Origin: Nanobdellati archaeon
GTDB taxonomy: Archaea > EX4484-52 > GLR71
NCBI GenBank assembly: GCA_019429005.1
Contig: JAHYJR010000001.1
Span: 40,663 to 104,662, forward strand
DNA: 64,000 bases
Reading direction: 5' to 3'
Shown: in pieces, positions 62,417 through 64,000 of the stretch
How positions within the stretch are numbered: position 1 is the stretch's first letter
Layout: every line of letters starts with the position of its first letter
Notes under the pieces: model-generated
Seen by the model: the letters and a program-made list of their open reading frames with translations, nothing else
What the model was told of the DNA's origin: nothing
The model's database searches: none
Program-made: the position numbers and the translations under genes

Positions 62417-63826
62417 TTAATCTCCGCGTCCACCTACAAGCATACTTTTTATCCTAAGATGTGGTCCTCCATTATCAACGGGAACTGATTGTCCATCTTT
62501 CCCACACATTCCTCCCATATCAACTGAACAATCATTTCCAACAGCATCAATATTTTTTAAAACTTCTAAAATATTTCCAGAAAGTGAACAATCCCGTATC
62601 ATCTTTGTCTTTTGTCCATTTTTAATTATAAACCCCCTCTCTATACCAAAAGTAAAATCTCCTGTAGACGGACTTACCTGACCACCCGTAAAACCTTGCA
62701 AATACAAACCATCCTTAACTGTAGATAACATATCATCCAAAGAATAATCACCTTTATCAAAATAAGTATTACTCATTCTTGGTATTGGCCTATAAGCAAA
62801 CGATTGTGCTCGTGCATTCCCCGTAGATTTACATCCAAATTTAGATGCAGTCTGCCTTGTATGAAGATATGAATTAAGCACACCATTTTTAATTATTTCT
62901 GTTTTTTGTGATTTTACACCTTCATCATCATATGAATAATAACCATTTTTATTTTTCAAACTGCCATTATCTATTACAGATACAAAATCAGATGCTATTT
63001 TTTTACCTAAAAATCCTTTTAAAACAGATGCATTACTTAATACTGTATCTGCTTCAGATGCATGTCCAACCGCTTCATGAGCAAAAAGTCCAGTTATATT
63101 TGGATGTAATATTACAGTCATATTTCCTGATGGTGGTAATTCTGCATCAAGAAGACTTAATGCAATTTTAGTTGTTTTTATTGCAACTGATACCGGATCT
63201 TTTAAAATTAATTTGTCAAAACCACCTAAACTTAATATTTTACCATATGATTGCTGTATATTATTTTCTTTTTTAACTATAGGTACTACTACATAATTAA
63301 CTGAAACACCATTATTTGTTATGGATGTGCCTTCAGAATTAATATATATATTTTTTGATGATTGATCCGAATATATTGATTTGACTGTCCTGACAAAAGG
63401 TGATACTTCTTTTGCAGACGAATTTGCTGTTTTAATAATATCTATTTTCTCTTTTATATCAACATCATCTGGATAAATATTTACTTTTGTTGTTAATGTA
63501 TCTTTTATAACTTTTGATTCGCTCAAAACAGATTTATCTTCAACATTTCCACGGCATCTTATTGATTTTGCAATCTTTACTGCATTCTCTGCAACAGATA
63601 AAATATCACTAATATTGTTTGATGATGCAAAACCAAAAAAACCGTTATGCAAAACACGCACAGAAAAACCCGATATTTGGCCACTATTAACTTCTTCAAT
63701 ATTTGCGTCTTTTAATCTAATTATATTTGTTCTTTTATTTTGAAACCTAAAATCTGTAAAATCCACACCTAATTTAACGCAATATTTAATAGCTTTATCT
63801 GCCAGATCATATATATTTTCATCCAT
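62417..63826 (-). CDS. tldD: TldD metalloprotease
   Basis: HEAVGHASEAD, YDDEG, TGNARAQ, PRMSNTY, GGQV, CGKDGQ.VPV..GGP. Confidence 0.95.
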   Translation of the reverse strand: MDENIYDLADKAIKYCVKLGVDFTDFRFQNKRTNIIRLKDANIEEVNSGQISGFSVRVLHNGFFGFASSNNISDILSVAENAVKIAKSIRCRGNVEDKSVLSESKVIKDTLTTKVNIYPDDVDIKEKIDIIKTANSSAKEVSPFVRTVKSIYSDQSSKNIYINSEGTSITNNGVSVNYVVVPIVKKENNIQQSYGKILSLGGFDKLILKDPVSVAIKTTKIALSLLDAELPPSGNMTVILHPNITGLFAHEAVGHASEADTVLSNASVLKGFLGKKIASDFVSVIDNGSLKNKNGYYSYDDEGVKSQKTEIIKNGVLNSYLHTRQTASKFGCKSTGNARAQSFAYRPIPRMSNTYFDKGDYSLDDMLSTVKDGLYLQGFTGGQVSPSTGDFTFGIERGFIIKNGQKTKMIRDCSLSGNILEVLKNIDAVGNDCSVDMGGMCGKDGQSVPVDNGGPHLRIKSMLVGGRGD

Positions 63827-63893
63827 AAGAATACACAAAATGATTAATGGATAATATATAATATATAGTTAACTATTTTTAAAAAATAAAAAA

Positions 63894-63913
63894 TGCAGTA
63901 ATTAATTACTGCA
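63894..63913. terminator. Perfect 20-bp palindrome over a stop codon, followed by a T-tract on the minus strand
   Basis: TGCAGTAATTAATTACTGCA; A-run at 63881-63893 on the + strand. Confidence 0.5.
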
Positions 63914-64000
63914 AATCTGCCATTTTAAGTATTGTTACTTTTCTACTTGATGTGCTTTTTTCAACATCCATACCTAAAAGATATTTTGTTTCCACATTTT
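63906..64000 (-). CDS. 3' end of an unidentified gene running off the window
   Basis: Open frame ...NVETKYLLGMDVEKSTSSRKVTILKMADLQ*. Confidence 0.55.
   Translation of the reverse strand, partial: NVETKYLLGMDVEKSTSSRKVTILKMADLQ

Noticed and set aside
288-63171. Numerous short ORFs antisense to or nested in long genes
   Set aside because: They overlap well-supported genes, lack motifs, and are expected from biased codon usage
61096-63826. RiPP or microcin cluster around tldD/pmbA
   Set aside because: No precursor peptide or YcaO seen; the adjacent radical SAM gene is convergent and archaeosine-related
1-64000. Alternative genetic code or stop-codon readthrough
   Set aside because: Conserved genes are full length under code 11 and end in TAA, TAG or TGA; the only break (EamA) is a frameshift

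Overview
AT-rich archaeal chromosomal segment of mostly core genes. It is most likely from a DPANN-type lineage; this is inferred from gene content, compact packing and DPANN-style surface proteins. Contents in order: a 2[4Fe-4S] ferredoxin missed by the ORF track; a complete A/V-type ATP synthase operon (H-I-K-E-C-F-A-B-D) whose c subunit has a Na+-type signature, interrupted by a structured non-coding insert, a small ORF and a 5x26-bp tandem repeat; NAC, transporters, NOG1 and tgtA; a four-gene cell-surface cluster; pelota; a tRNA-Ser(GCT) with two introns; a class III RNR operon (nrdD-redoxin-nrdG); radA, RPA and cdc48; a 2823-aa surface protein; a KaiC-like ATPase, radB, IPK, topA, serS and tyrS; a split EamA gene; a RaSEA-like radical SAM protein fused to an ArcS-like domain; and tldD/pmbA. 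I saw no CRISPR array, transposase, integrase or rRNA. The best leads are the one-polypeptide archaeosine synthase candidate, a pore-less voltage-sensor-like protein, the candidate ncRNA inside the ATPase operon, the double-intron tRNA, apparent ATT start codons and a paralogous surface-protein module. All calls come from reading motifs by eye; no searches were run.
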